Assembly: GCA_965218295.1 (NCBI GenBank)
Contig: CBDCKN010000013.1
Location: 512,001-576,000, forward strand
Length of the DNA stretch: 64,000 nt
Reading direction: 5' to 3'
DNA from: Longimicrobiales bacterium
Lineage (GTDB): Bacteria > Gemmatimonadota > Gemmatimonadetes > Longimicrobiales > Gaopeijiaceae
The translations under genes were made by a program, and so were the position numbers. Below, piece by piece: positions 17,800 to 28,762 of the stretch. The notes below the pieces were generated by a model. That model did not search any database. It was given only the letters and a program-made list of their open reading frames with translations, and had not been told where the DNA came from. The stretch's first letter is position 1, and each line of letters starts with the position of its first letter.

Positions 17800-18450
17800 T
17801 GGAGTGAACCCCTAAAAGTAGACACAGAGAGGGCGATGGATTGACCTTCCGTAATCACCCAGGGAGAATCAATGACGGTTCGACGCCACAGGAGGTACAG
17901 CACAGAGTTCAAGATCCAGCTCGTCCAAGCCTATCTGGACGGAGAAGGCAGCGCGAGGTCGATTGCGACACGACACGAGGTCCCCCGCTCCCTGCTGATG
18001 ATCTGGATCAAGAAGTACGAAGCAGGGGATCTCACAAGGGAGATCCACCTCCAGGAGCAGGTTGTCGAGTACGGGGCAAAGATTGCGGCGCTTAAGCGCA
18101 AGGTCGGTCAGCTGACGATGGAGCTTGACGTCATGAAAAAAAGGGCGTTGATACGACCGTCGCAGCAAGGCGCGCGGCCGTCGATCATCTCCGGTCCAGG
18201 GGCGTCCCCATCCGACGGGGATGTAGCCTCATGAACATGGCGAGGAGCACCTTCTACAAGCGACCGCATGCGGGCCACCGGGCAGCCCAGGGAGAAGGCC
18301 GATGCAGACCTGCGCGTTCGGATCGAAGACATCCTGGCCGAGTTCCCCGCCTACGGATACCGACGGGTCACGCACGAGCTCCGGAGACGTGGCCTGGTGA
18401 TTAATCACAAGCGAGTGGCGCGTGTCATGCGTGAGCACGCGCTCACGCCC
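17800..18450 (+). mobile_element. IS3-family element, 3'-truncated (orfA 17872-18234, orfB start)
   Basis: Left end TGGAGTGAACCCC; HTH orfA RRYSTEFK; orfB YGYRRVTHELRR..INHKRVARVM; homologous to 33655-34598. Confidence 0.9.
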
Positions 18451-19136
18451 CACCCCTCTGGCAGCTCCTCCACGCTCATCCCGTCGATGCCCGGACTGCC
18501 CTTATTCTGCCGCACGCGTTTCAACGCTCCTACGAGGTTGGCACGCCCGACCACCTCCTCCATCAGGAGATGCTCGCTTCCTGAGCGCTCGTCTCCATGG
18601 GCCACCGTTCCGGCTTCGCCACTCCCCTCTACCTTCGGGGCTTCACCCCTATCCTCCAGCGGGAGCTCCAGTTGCCTGGACTCCTGGCGCATGGCCTTCT
18701 CGAGATCCACGGTCGTCACACTCTCCTCTCCGTTCGGCCCTTCGTCCGACAAAGCTGGGTCCAAGCGCATCATGCACTTCGTCGGCCTACTATGGCCTCT
18801 GCTGACTTCTCGCTCCGCCGGCAGGCCCAACAGCGCAATGCCGGCGTCGCCCTTTCAGGCGTCAGGCGAGACCTCCCCGGGTAAGAACGATGACCTTCCC
18901 CGCACAATCGCCGGATCTACGCCGCTTCCCCTTGGTCGCAGGAGCTTCGCGGTCAGTGGTCCGCTCGCCCCGGTCCGCAGCGCCTCGTATCCGGTTCCTG
19001 TTCGTCGACTCACGGGTTCGTTTCACGCTTCGTTCAGCGTACGCCTCACGACGAACGCCTTGCGCTTCCCTTCGGTCCCTGCGACCAGGTTCCGGGAGGA
19101 CTTTCACCTCCAAGTCATTGCCCATGCCGGGCCCAC
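18451..19136 (-). mobile_element. group IIC intron 5' fragment (ribozyme 5' part and RT N-terminus)
   Basis: 5' end GTGGGCCCGGCATGGG just after a terminator; ORF LMEEVVGRANLVGALKRVRQNKGSPGIDGMSVEEL (RT0 region). Confidence 0.88.
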
Positions 19137-19138
19137 CA

Positions 19139-19180
19139 CAAAAGAGAAGGGCCCGGACCTTGCGGTCCGGACCCTCCCCT
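19139..19180 (-). terminator. Rho-independent terminator of the lipoprotein paralog
   Basis: GAGGGTCCGGACC-GCAA-GGTCCGGGCCCTT followed by CTCTTTT. Confidence 0.85.
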
Positions 19181-19371
19181 CACCTTCCTTCGAGTCCGGA
19201 GACTCGAAGTGATTATAAAACCCTACCGCTTGTCGACGGTGAGATCTGCGCTTACGGCAGCCACGGCCACAGAGCCCTTCTTTGCTGTGCTCACTCCGAA
19301 GGCGACAACATTACCCGTCGTGTAGGCGTCCTCATCGACAACAGCGAGGAAGGCAACCGCATCAACCTCTG

Positions 19372-20938
19372 CGGAACCTGTCAACGCCAGTGAGACACTC
19401 TTGGAAATCAATTAGAGAGCAATCTCCTGTGTAGTGAGGGATGGGGTGGGAGGATTGATCCAGACGGCCTCCGGGAGTGGTTTAGGCTTCGGCTCACCGG
19501 AGACGAAGCGCTCGGGATGAGCGGCCCATGCCTCACGGAGCACGGCCTTCCTGCAGGCGATGATCCGATCGGCGTGACCGAAGTGGACCTGTTCGGGGGT
19601 CAGCATCGAGATGCCGCCATGGCGGTGCTCGGCATTATACCAACGGAAGAACGAGCGACAGAAGGTCTTGGCTTGCCCCTGATCCCCGAACCGGCCGGGA
19701 AACGAGGGATGGTACTTCAAGGTCTTGAACTGAGCCTCGGAGAACGGATTGTCATCCGAGACCTGGGGTCGGCCCAACGAGCGGGTCACGCCGAGATCGG
19801 CGAGTAGTTGAGCCGTGCATTGGCTCGTCATCGGAGCCCCTCGATCGGAATGCAGGGTCAGGAGGTGGGGCTGGACGCCATGCTTCAAGCAACTCTGCTG
19901 GATCAGCCGGCTGGCCAGGGCAGAGTTCTCCCGATCCGCCACCATCCATCCCACGACGTAGCGGCTGAAGATGTCCAGGATCACGTAGAGGTAGAAGTAA
20001 CTCCACTTCTTCGGCCCCAGCAGCCGGGTGATATCCCAGGACCAGACCTGGTTCGGGCCCCTCGCCATCAACTCGGGCTTCTGGTATTTGGGATGACTCC
20101 GCTGCGCTCGACGCTCCTGAACCGGCACCTGGGAAGCCAGAACGCGATACATCGTACGCTCGCTGCACAGGTAGACGTCCTCGTCGAGCAGCGTCGCCAC
20201 CACCTCGGCTGGGGACCGGTCCACGAACCGCTCCGAACACAGCGTGTCGAAGACCTTGTCTCGTTCCTTCTCGCTTAAGGCCCGGGCGGGGGTCGGGCGG
20301 GGCTGCTGATGCCCGGTCGATGCACTCCGACGACGGTAGAACGTGGCTCGCGGCACCCTGAGCGCATCGCACGCGGGCTTCACCCCTACGTGCTTGGCTA
20401 GCTCCTGGGTCGCCTTCATGAGTTCGTCCCGTCCTCGAGGCTCAATCCCAGCAGCCCTGCAACTTTTCCCTGGACGTCGATGATCAAGTGCGCCTTCTGG
20501 AGCTCCTTCTCGAGGCGAGTGTTCTCGCGCTCCAGCTTGCGCACCTTCTCCTCCAGCGGATTGCGCTCGCGCTTACGGCCTCGTTTCTTCGACAGCGCTT
20601 TCAGGGACCCGCTATGCGCCGCCTTGCGCCATGTCGTCAGGTGCGACGAGTACAAGCCCTCCCGCCGTAGGAGTCGGCCAACCTCTCCGGGCTCCGTGCA
20701 CCGGTCCGCTTCTTCGACGATCCGCAGCTTGTACGACGGAGCGAACCGCCGGCGCAGCGGCCTATCTACCACCTCCGAGTCCGCAGGAGCTGCCGCGCTT
20801 CGCTTACCGTCCCAGGTTGGTGGGGCTATTCCATTCTCTTTCATTCTCTCTCGGTGTCTCAGCATCCTCGGTTTCTCTGCCTTCGCCCTACTCTAATTCC
20901 TTAGCTGCTCCGTGTCTCACGTAAGTTGGCAGAGAGGG
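19372..20938 (-). mobile_element. IS3-family element, intact (orfA 20416-20865, DDE orfB 19412-20419)
   Basis: WSWDIT, DIFSRYVVGW, HSDRG, DNPFSEAQF; imperfect IRs; 3-bp CTG duplication at 19369-19371 and 20939-20941. Confidence 0.95.
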
Positions 20939-21553
20939 CTGCCGCATAGGTCCAATCGCGACCATCGGGGTTATCTACAGTTTTCACAGTAGCGCTGTTA
21001 CCAGCCACCGATTCGATAAACCGGAGTTCGTTAACAGGTGGCGTCCCCTACCGTGACCGCGACGTGTACATAAAAGTCTACGCGCGAGAACGGGAAGTCA
21101 GTGCTCGCATCCGACAGGCCCGCCTTGGCCTCGATCTCGATCGTAGCATCGCCATCTTCGATGGTCGTGTTGTCGGCGCCATCGGTGGCTGTGGCCGCGA
21201 ATGTCCCGCCGCTCCTGAACTCTACCTGGGGGATATTATCACCTTCTGGGGTACCGATGTCCCCCGCCCCTGATGATACACCGTCGGCAGTCCCCACCTG
21301 ATCGGATACGTATGCCTTGATGGTCGCTATGGCTTCAAGCTGGGTGTCGTCAGCACCATTCTGCACTGCGAGGAATGGGAGTACGACCGGAGGCTCCCGC
21401 TCGAGCAGATCGTCTTGTCAGAGAGGATGCGTCGTATACATCGACGTCAACGCTCTCCAGCTTGATTTCAGCATTGGTCACCTGATCGCCACCGGTTCCC
21501 ACGGTTCCTACCGGTACGTTTATGGCGTAGCTCGCAATCGACAGATTATCCGA

Positions 21554-22930
21554 GAGCTAGGATCAAAGGGTGTGTAAAAAGAGAGGCGACGTACCTTTCC
21601 GCTGAGTAATAACCAGCGAACTCCGGGTGACAGCCCGGGGGAAAGGAACGACGCCTCGTGAGGAAGAATACGGTGGGACCCGAGGGTGAGTCCAGGACGC
21701 CCGTGTGGGAAGTTCTGGAAGAAGTGGTTCGGGAGAAGGCGCAGGAGTTCATTCAACAGATCTTGGAGGAGGAAGTCACGGAGTTGCTAGGGCGAGAGAA
21801 GTCAGAGCGCAGGAGGGTGGTGGACGCGACCGAGGGCTACCGCAACGGATACGGCAAGCCGAGGCGGCTGGCGATGAGCTCGGGCACGATCACACTCCGA
21901 CGCCCTCGAGTTCGAGGCCTTGAGGAGCGGTTCGAGAGCCGCGTGCTGCCGTTGTTCGCGAGGCGGACGAAGGAGCTGGGCGCTCTGCTTCCGGAGCTGT
22001 ATCTGCACGGACTGGCGGAGGGAGACTTCGAGTTGGCGATGCGGGGCCTGCTGGGCGAGGGGGCACCGCTGTCGAAGTCTTCGATTCGGCGGCTGCGGGC
22101 GGGATGGACGGCGGAGTTCGAGGAATGGAGCCAGCGTCGCCTGGAGGGTCGTGAGGTCGTCTACGTGTGGGCGGACGGGATCTATGTGAAGGCAGGGCTG
22201 GAGCGGGACAAAGCGGCGCTGCTGGTGGTGCTGGGTGCCATGCGAGACGGGACGAAAGAGGTGTTGGCCCTGAGAGCGGGCTACCGAGAGTCGGTCGAGT
22301 CCTGGTCGGAGGTGTTGCGGGACCTGAAGGCACGCGGCATCGAGGCGCCCCGGCTTCTGATGGCGGACGGTAACGCTGCGATCTGGGGCGCAGTACGGCA
22401 GGTATGGCCTGAGGCGGGTGAGCAACGGTGCTGGAACCACAAGATGAGGAACGTGCTGGACCGACTACCTCAGCGGGAGCAGGGCGAGGCGAAGGATCTT
22501 CTCCGGGCCGTGGTCTACGCACCGAGCCGGGCCGAGGCCCTGAAGGCCCGCGAGGTGTCGCCCGACGCTATAGGCCGTGGTATCCGAAAGCAGTGGACGT
22601 ACTCGAGGACGACTGGGAGCGGATGGTAGCGTTCTACGACTTCCCCGAGGACCACTGGAAGCATCTACGCACGACGAACGTGGTCGAGAGCCCGTTCGCC
22701 GCGGTACGGCTCAGGACGACAGCAGCGAAGCGGTTCAAGCGGGTCGAGAGCGCTACGGCGCTAATCTGGAAGTTGCTCTTGGTGGCTGAGAAGCGGTTCC
22801 GAAGGCTCGACGCTCCTCACCTCCTCAAGGACGTATTTGAAGGAAGAAAGTTCGAAGACGGAAAGCCCGTCTCACACCAACAGCGGAAGAACGCCGCCTA
22901 ATACGTTTACACACCTATTGACCCAACCTC
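21554..22930 (+). mobile_element. IS256-family element, 1-bp deletion near 22557
   Basis: IRs GAGCTAGGATCAAAGGGTGTGTAAA / TTTACACACCTATTGACCCAACCTC; 8-bp duplication TTATCCGA; near-identical to 41169-42546. Confidence 0.95.
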
Positions 22931-23788
22931 TTATCCGACGCCAGCAGGGTCTTGTCGTAAGTAAAGTCGTCTTCCCCTGGTACGACAAACAACCTTACGG
23001 GCATTGGGCGCTCCTCGTCATTGAGCGCCACGCGACTGCCTGAGTCTGTTTCGTTGCCGGCCTTGTCCGATGCCGTTGCCGAGAACGTGTGGTAACCTAC
23101 GGCCGGCGTGGTAATTACTGTAGTGAATCGGGTTGGGTCAGTGTCGTTGTTTGGAGTGACCACAAACTCGCCGGCTTCGGGATTGTCGGCGTCTTCCGCT
23201 TCGTCCACATCCTCCGTCCCATCCGCATCACGGACTTCAATGCTCGCATCGATGGGATCAGACGCGAGCCCCGATCCGCCATCCGTCACATGCAGCACCC
23301 AGCCGGTCCCCAGCGTTGTGGCCTTGTCCTTCGGACCGCCAGCCGTGAACTCCACTGCCGGCGGCGTTATATCCACACCAACCAGGAGTCCCGCGTTTTT
23401 GAGCGCGTCTGCTGCACCTTCCTCAGGCGCATCGGCTGCGGCGGCCTCAAGCAACGCCCTGTAGCCGGTGGCCATTGTTTCGTCTTCCGAAGTATTTGGG
23501 TCATCTACCTCCGCACTAGCCCTCCCGGCCATTATGCAGGTGCCGGCGACGGTGGCGTGGTCTTCTGCATTCGGCGGAGCAGACTGGTTGCCGAGGCGGT
23601 CAACGGCGGAGGCTACGACGCAGTAAGCGTTCCCCTTCGACTCCCCAGGGCCCAAGGGCCAGGGCCAGGGCGGTTCCTCCTAAATCGACCTGGCGCACGT
23701 ACACACCCAGGGGCCGCAAACGCCACAGCGATGAGGGGGCCAGGAAGGCCGCCAATCACAGATTTCGCATGCCCCATGCTTTGGTCGA

Positions 23789-23828
23789 ACAGAAGGAGGG
23801 CCCGACCTTGCGGCCGGACCCTCCCCTG
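23789..23828 (-). terminator. terminator-like hairpin of the 1323-aa lipoprotein gene
   Basis: GGAGGGTCCGGCC-GCAA-GGTCGGGCCCTCC; homologous to 19139-19180. Confidence 0.7.
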
Positions 23829-23873
23829 AACTTCCTCCTTCGAAGTGCTTAAGACTCGATGCTCTGAGCCCTA

Positions 23874-26800
23874 CTAGTCCTCTTGCGGATCGATGGCCAG
23901 ATCCACCCCATCTGCCACCAAGGCCAGAGTACCATCGTCGTTCACACCGAAAGCGAAGACGGTACCGTCGATGTCGGTGTCAGCGTCAGGGGTGAAGGCA
24001 TCTTCAACAAGTGTGAAGAGGTCATTCCCCGTAACGTCAAGTTCATACGTCCACGTACGGGTAGTGACGCCGCCGGTGGTGGTGCTCGAAGAAGCCGCGC
24101 CTATATCTGAATCGATCAGCCGTAGATCACCACCCGATGTACCCACCCTGTAGTAGAAGTCCACGCGGGAGAATGGGTTCGCGAATGTTGACGCGGTCTT
24201 ACTCGCCACAGCCTCCAAAGTGATGCTCTCATCGGTGCCCATCTCGCAGTCATCGCCACCGTCCTCAATGCCCTCCGCGCAGATGACAGGTTCGTCGCCT
24301 GTACTAGCTACGAACCTGAAATCATCCACGGTGAAATCTTCGATGTCAGTCACTGTGGGAGCTGCGGTTGCCAATCCACCCTCGGTGTTATAAGCACCCG
24401 TCTGATCACGCGCCTTCAGATTCACGCTATTAAGGTTGGTCGCGGTCGAAGCAACCGCACCATCGGCATTAGTCGCGGCCTGCAATCGCAGGACCGTAGT
24501 GATCGGCGTGTTGACGACGTAATTCGTGTGGGTCAAGTCGTCGGCATTGAACTCGTCGACCACTGTGTGCGCGCTACCCAGTCTCACCATAGGACTGGTG
24601 ATACCGGCCACCGTGGCGGAGAACCCTACAGTCCAGTAGTAGTCCCTGATCGACAGGTCGTCGCTCAGGAAGGCGGAAGCCGCGAACGAATTGGTGTTGA
24701 TCGTTGCCGGGATAGACGGGCTTCCCACTGTCGCCCCCATGTTGTCCCGAACGACCGTGCGGCTTATTGGCTCCGAAGAGTTCCCCGCCTTGTCTACTGC
24801 GGAGGCCGTCAGTGTGTAGTAGGCCGCATCTGTTAGATCCGCCAGATTCATCGTACTGGTGCCAGAGATCCAGACGTTATCCACCGTGGCAGTGGTTTCT
24901 TCTGGGTCTTCTGCTGGGAGATCCGCCTCATCGTCATCGGAGCGCGATCGAACTCGTAGATTAGCACTGACCGGCCCATTCGTGCGTGCACCGGAGTTCC
25001 CTATGGAGCCGCCATCGGACACCGACATCGTGAATTCTCCGGCAACTGTCACGGTGGTAATTCTTGCCTTTTCTTCCAGGCCGCCGTCGAACTCAATCTC
25101 CGGCGCGGTTATGTCCACGCCAGCCCTGAGCGCCACTGGCATCGCCACGGTTGCTAGTGCGGCGATTTCCTCTGCCTTTTCTTCGTCGGTTCCGGATCCG
25201 GTGTTAATCTCATCGACTGCGGTCTGGTAATCATCGACTGCGGTCTCGTAAGCTGCGGCGGTCATGCACTCAGCCTCTTCCTCCGGCAGCGCAGACTCGT
25301 TACCAAGGAGGTCCGTGGCGGACGCGATGAAGCAGTAGGCGTCAGCCATAGACGGACCTGGCAATGCTGAGGAACGACTTGCTTCCAGTGCCGCATCTAC
25401 GGTTGCGGGCTTAGTTGAAGAGGATCTCAACCAAGCGGTGTACCCACCCCCGCCTCCGCCTGCGGCACCGTAAGTAAGCCACCCATCTTCGTTATCATCC
25501 GCATTGTACTCATCCGTCAGGTCAACCCCGTCATTGATCCAGCCCTCCTCGCGGCCGTTGACGTTCGGGTTGAACATCGGTGCGGTTGGGCCTTTATAGT
25601 CCAGCTGGACCGAGAAGACTTCGTCGCCTGCATTTAGAGTCTCTACCTTTGCAGCCCCTATGCTGAAGATATCGATGTCAACTGGTCCTTCGTACCCATC
25701 ACAGTTCGGAGAAAAGTCGTATGGAGCCGCGTCAGCAGAGGCAGCCTTACTATCTGGCCCACAGAATCCCGCCCCCAGCGTCACCGACGCGACGGAGCGT
25801 CCCGAGTACACGACTGGAAACGCCGTAAGGTCGAACCCGGCACCTGGGCCACCATACCAATATCCGCCGTCCTCGCCTAACACGGGCAGCCTAGTCAGAC
25901 CATTCACAGCCACGTGCACGCCGTCCGTGTTCGCGAATTCGACCTCCATCCGGTTCGAAAAGACTTCCTCCGTGCTGCCCGAGACCGTGAGTCCCGCCAC
26001 TATGTTGTAGGGGCCGTTCGGGTAAGCCGGGTCTCCCGTTACCGGATCGTATTCGTCCGTGTCGAACCCTAGGGTGAATTCGAATACCTGCTGCTGCTGC
26101 TGCTGCGCCGCCTGAGCCTCCTTCTCGGCGGGCTCGGCGGGCGCGGGTGCGAGGCCGAAGGGCTGGGTGGCCACGACCTCACCATCCACGTAGAGGCTCA
26201 ACTGTTCGAACCTCTGCTCGCCTCGCTCTACAGAGACCTTCACGGTGAGGCGGCCCGTATCATCATCGTCGGACTCGAAGCTAACGTCGCTAATGAGGAC
26301 AAACGCCTCGTCGGCCTCGGCGTCCTCGGCCTCGGCCTTGAATGAGGCGTTGGCGATCTCGCCCGCGACCACGGTTACGGGACGTGAGGTGACGGTGAAC
26401 TCATGGTCGCCGAAGTCCGAAATCGTCACCGTGTAGTCGCCGGCCTCTACTTCGGGCAACTCGTAGTCACCTTCCGTGTCGGAGGTACCAGACACGGTCA
26501 CACCGTCCTCACCCTCACCCGTACCGACGGCGGTCACCGTCGCCACGACGCCCTCACCTCCGGCCGTGACGACTTCACCACTGATGCTCCCCGTCGTGAC
26601 TTCGGGCTCGGGCGGCTCGGCCTCGGCCTCGGCCTCGAATGAGGCATTGGCGATCTCGCCCGCGACCACGGTTACGGGACGTGAGGTGACGGTGAACTCA
26701 TGGTCGCCGAAGTCCGAAATCGTCACCGTGTAGTCGCCGGCCTCTACTTCGGGCAACTCGTAGTCACCTTCCGTGTCGGAGGTACCAGACACGGTCACAC

Positions 26801-27845
26801 CGTCCTCACCCTCACCCGTACCGACGGCGGTCACCGTCGCCACGACGCCCTCACCTCCGGCGGTGAGGACGGTACCGCTGATGCTCCCCGTCGTGACTTC
26901 GGGCTCGGGCGGCTCGGCCTCGGCCTCGGCCTCGAATGAGGCGTTGGCGATCTCGCCCGCGACCACGGTTACGGGACGTGAGGTGACGGTGAACTCATGG
27001 TCGCCGAAGTCCGAAATCGTCACCGTGTAGTCGCCGGCCTCTACTTCGGGCAACTCGTAGTCACCTTCCGTGTCGGAGGTACCAGACACGGTCACACCGT
27101 CCTCACCCGTACCGACGGCGGTCACCGTCGCCACGACGCCCTCACCTCCGGCGGTGAGGACGGTACCGCTGATGCTCCCCGTCGTGACTTCGGGCTCGGG
27201 CACGGCCTCGGCGGTGAACGCGACGGGGGGGGCACTCTGGCCCACACCCACGGTTACGTCACGTGAGGTGACGGTGAACTCATGGTCGCCGAAGTCCGAA
27301 ATCGTCACGTGGTAGGTGCCGGCACGCAGGCCGGGCAGGATGAAGTCACCGTCCGTGCCGGAGGTGCCGATCACCGCCTCCTCACTCATGAGCATGCCCC
27401 CACCGGTGGCGGTCACCGTCGCCACGACGCCCTCACCTCCGGCGGTGAGGACGGTACCGCTGATGTCCGACGTGCGGATGTAGTTTCCGCTGAAGTCGGC
27501 GGTGGCCGTCTGGCCACTCGTGGTGATGGTCACGACCTTGGCCGTCTCGACGAAGGCCACTTCGGCGGGAGCACCGCTGATCTGTACACCGTGCGTCCCA
27601 GCGGGGACGTTGTCGAACGAGTAGCCACCGCTACTTCCCGTCGTTTCCGACTGCGGACCGGAGCCCACCAGGTTGACGCTCACTCCCGGCAACCCAGAAC
27701 CCTCGACGGACACCGTGCCACTCACGGTTCCGACGATGGGCGCCGGCGCGACCGGCGTCACGGGGGTGCCTCCGTCGTCGTCATCGCAAGCGACCACCAA
27801 GGCACCTGTGAGTAACGCGACAGTTGCGAATCGAAGCAACTTCAT
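23874..27845 (-). CDS. large acidic surface lipoprotein with repeated carboxypeptidase-regulatory-like (prealbumin-fold) and Ig-like domains
   Basis: Lipobox LVVAC; five G.ISG.V...T...G.Y.....AG.Y.V repeats; DITAP / AVDKAGN motifs. Confidence 0.85.
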   Translation of the reverse strand: MKLLRFATVALLTGALVVACDDDDGGTPVTPVAPAPIVGTVSGTVSVEGSGLPGVSVNLVGSGPQSETTGSSGGYSFDNVPAGTHGVQISGAPAEVAFVETAKVVTITTSGQTATADFSGNYIRTSDISGTVLTAGGEGVVATVTATGGGMLMSEEAVIGTSGTDGDFILPGLRAGTYHVTISDFGDHEFTVTSRDVTVGVGQSAPPVAFTAEAVPEPEVTTGSISGTVLTAGGEGVVATVTAVGTGEDGVTVSGTSDTEGDYELPEVEAGDYTVTISDFGDHEFTVTSRPVTVVAGEIANASFEAEAEAEPPEPEVTTGSISGTVLTAGGEGVVATVTAVGTGEGEDGVTVSGTSDTEGDYELPEVEAGDYTVTISDFGDHEFTVTSRPVTVVAGEIANASFEAEAEAEPPEPEVTTGSISGEVVTAGGEGVVATVTAVGTGEGEDGVTVSGTSDTEGDYELPEVEAGDYTVTISDFGDHEFTVTSRPVTVVAGEIANASFKAEAEDAEADEAFVLISDVSFESDDDDTGRLTVKVSVERGEQRFEQLSLYVDGEVVATQPFGLAPAPAEPAEKEAQAAQQQQQQVFEFTLGFDTDEYDPVTGDPAYPNGPYNIVAGLTVSGSTEEVFSNRMEVEFANTDGVHVAVNGLTRLPVLGEDGGYWYGGPGAGFDLTAFPVVYSGRSVASVTLGAGFCGPDSKAASADAAPYDFSPNCDGYEGPVDIDIFSIGAAKVETLNAGDEVFSVQLDYKGPTAPMFNPNVNGREEGWINDGVDLTDEYNADDNEDGWLTYGAAGGGGGGYTAWLRSSSTKPATVDAALEASRSSALPGPSMADAYCFIASATDLLGNESALPEEEAECMTAAAYETAVDDYQTAVDEINTGSGTDEEKAEEIAALATVAMPVALRAGVDITAPEIEFDGGLEEKARITTVTVAGEFTMSVSDGGSIGNSGARTNGPVSANLRVRSRSDDDEADLPAEDPEETTATVDNVWISGTSTMNLADLTDAAYYTLTASAVDKAGNSSEPISRTVVRDNMGATVGSPSIPATINTNSFAASAFLSDDLSIRDYYWTVGFSATVAGITSPMVRLGSAHTVVDEFNADDLTHTNYVVNTPITTVLRLQAATNADGAVASTATNLNSVNLKARDQTGAYNTEGGLATAAPTVTDIEDFTVDDFRFVASTGDEPVICAEGIEDGGDDCEMGTDESITLEAVASKTASTFANPFSRVDFYYRVGTSGGDLRLIDSDIGAASSSTTTGGVTTRTWTYELDVTGNDLFTLVEDAFTPDADTDIDGTVFAFGVNDDGTLALVADGVDLAIDPQED
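26320..27200 (-). repeat. three near-identical ~297-bp intragenic tandem repeats
   Basis: Identical shadow ORFs recur at 26403, 26700 and 26997; one unit lacks 6 bp. Confidence 0.95.
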
Positions 27846-28720
27846 GGCAGCCCCTCCCTGATTTAGATCAAAAATGCGCTCGACTCCACTTCAGAGTGCG
27901 CGTAGCGCGAGAATCGACAATGACCTACAGAGGCAAGAATGGGGCCAAGCGGTTTGAGCCGGGTTTCCTAAGCCTGCAACCCCTATAACCTCTGGTAACC
28001 TCTGGATTTCTGAGGGTCGGCGCCGGATTTCTGAAGGGAAAGCTCTCGGCGTCCGCCCGGTCGCGCGCGCCCCCCCGCCGCCGGCCCGCCGTTGTAGGCG
28101 GTAACTGCGACGGTCAAAACGTCGATTCGGGCCTTTCGGGGACACCTCTCGCCATGCGACGGGACGGCCTAGCCTCGGGGGGAAAGCGCATAGCGTAACC
28201 CCAACACACCCCGGCCCTGGGAGCCGCAAAAAGGAGGGGGCGGGGGGGGCTACTCTTTGGTCGGCTCCTCGGGGGGTCCCCTGGAGCGGCCTTTCCACAC
28301 GGCCCGGCCCGCTGCGGCCGCCGCCTCGTGTTGTACGTCCCCTCGGTCAGGAAGTCCTCAGTCCCGGAGGTGTGACTCGCGAAAGAAAAAGTCCGCCTGA
28401 TCCCCTCGGGCGCTGCGCCTGCGTCTATGGTCCTCGGGCACCTGGGGGGCCTTCCTCGACGATGCGGGGTGGCTGGCCGAACTCCACGTCCTGATCCAGC
28501 CATGTGAATCTACTTCAACTACCGGGTAAGGAGGAGCCCTCGGGGGGGGGCCGGGCCCGCCCATTTCACTCCGGCTCCCCCCCCCTCCCCCCCCCTTCAT
28601 GCCATGAAACCTGTTCCATCGGCTCCACTGTGCGCCGTGGCTGTGCCCAGGGGGGGGGCTCGGTCCTGTGTTGGGAGTTTTTTCCTCTTGAATGATTTCA
28701 AGGCAAGGGTACTCGAGCCA

Positions 28721-28752
28721 TTACTATTGATAAAATACATTATCGGTAGTAA
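28721..28752. promoter_or_regulatory. putative tyrosine-recombinase crossover (res) site
   Basis: TTACTATTGATAA-aataca-TTATCGGTAGTAA: 13-bp arms matching 11/13, 6-bp spacer, AT-rich, directly before the recombinase ATG. Confidence 0.65.
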
Positions 28753-28762
28753 ATGTCCGCGC

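Larger units (their letters stand above)
19223..23650 (-). pseudogene. C-terminal half of a paralog of the 1323-aa lipoprotein, split by IS256 and IS3 insertions
   Basis: AYCVVASAVDRLGNQSA, GVDITPP, ATASDKAGN, PFSRVDFY, DWTYAAEVD, VVAFGV align in order with the 23874-27845 product. Confidence 0.85.

Noticed and set aside
18405..18830. RT fragment as a retron or DGR
   Set aside because: Has a group II intron RT0 region and IIC 5' end; no template/variable repeat pair found
18268..19212. 314-aa ORF as a real gene
   Set aside because: Chimera of an IS3 orfB start and the antisense of the intron
26320..27200. Long tandem repeats as a CRISPR array
   Set aside because: Units are ~297 bp, in frame and lack unique spacers; no cas genes seen
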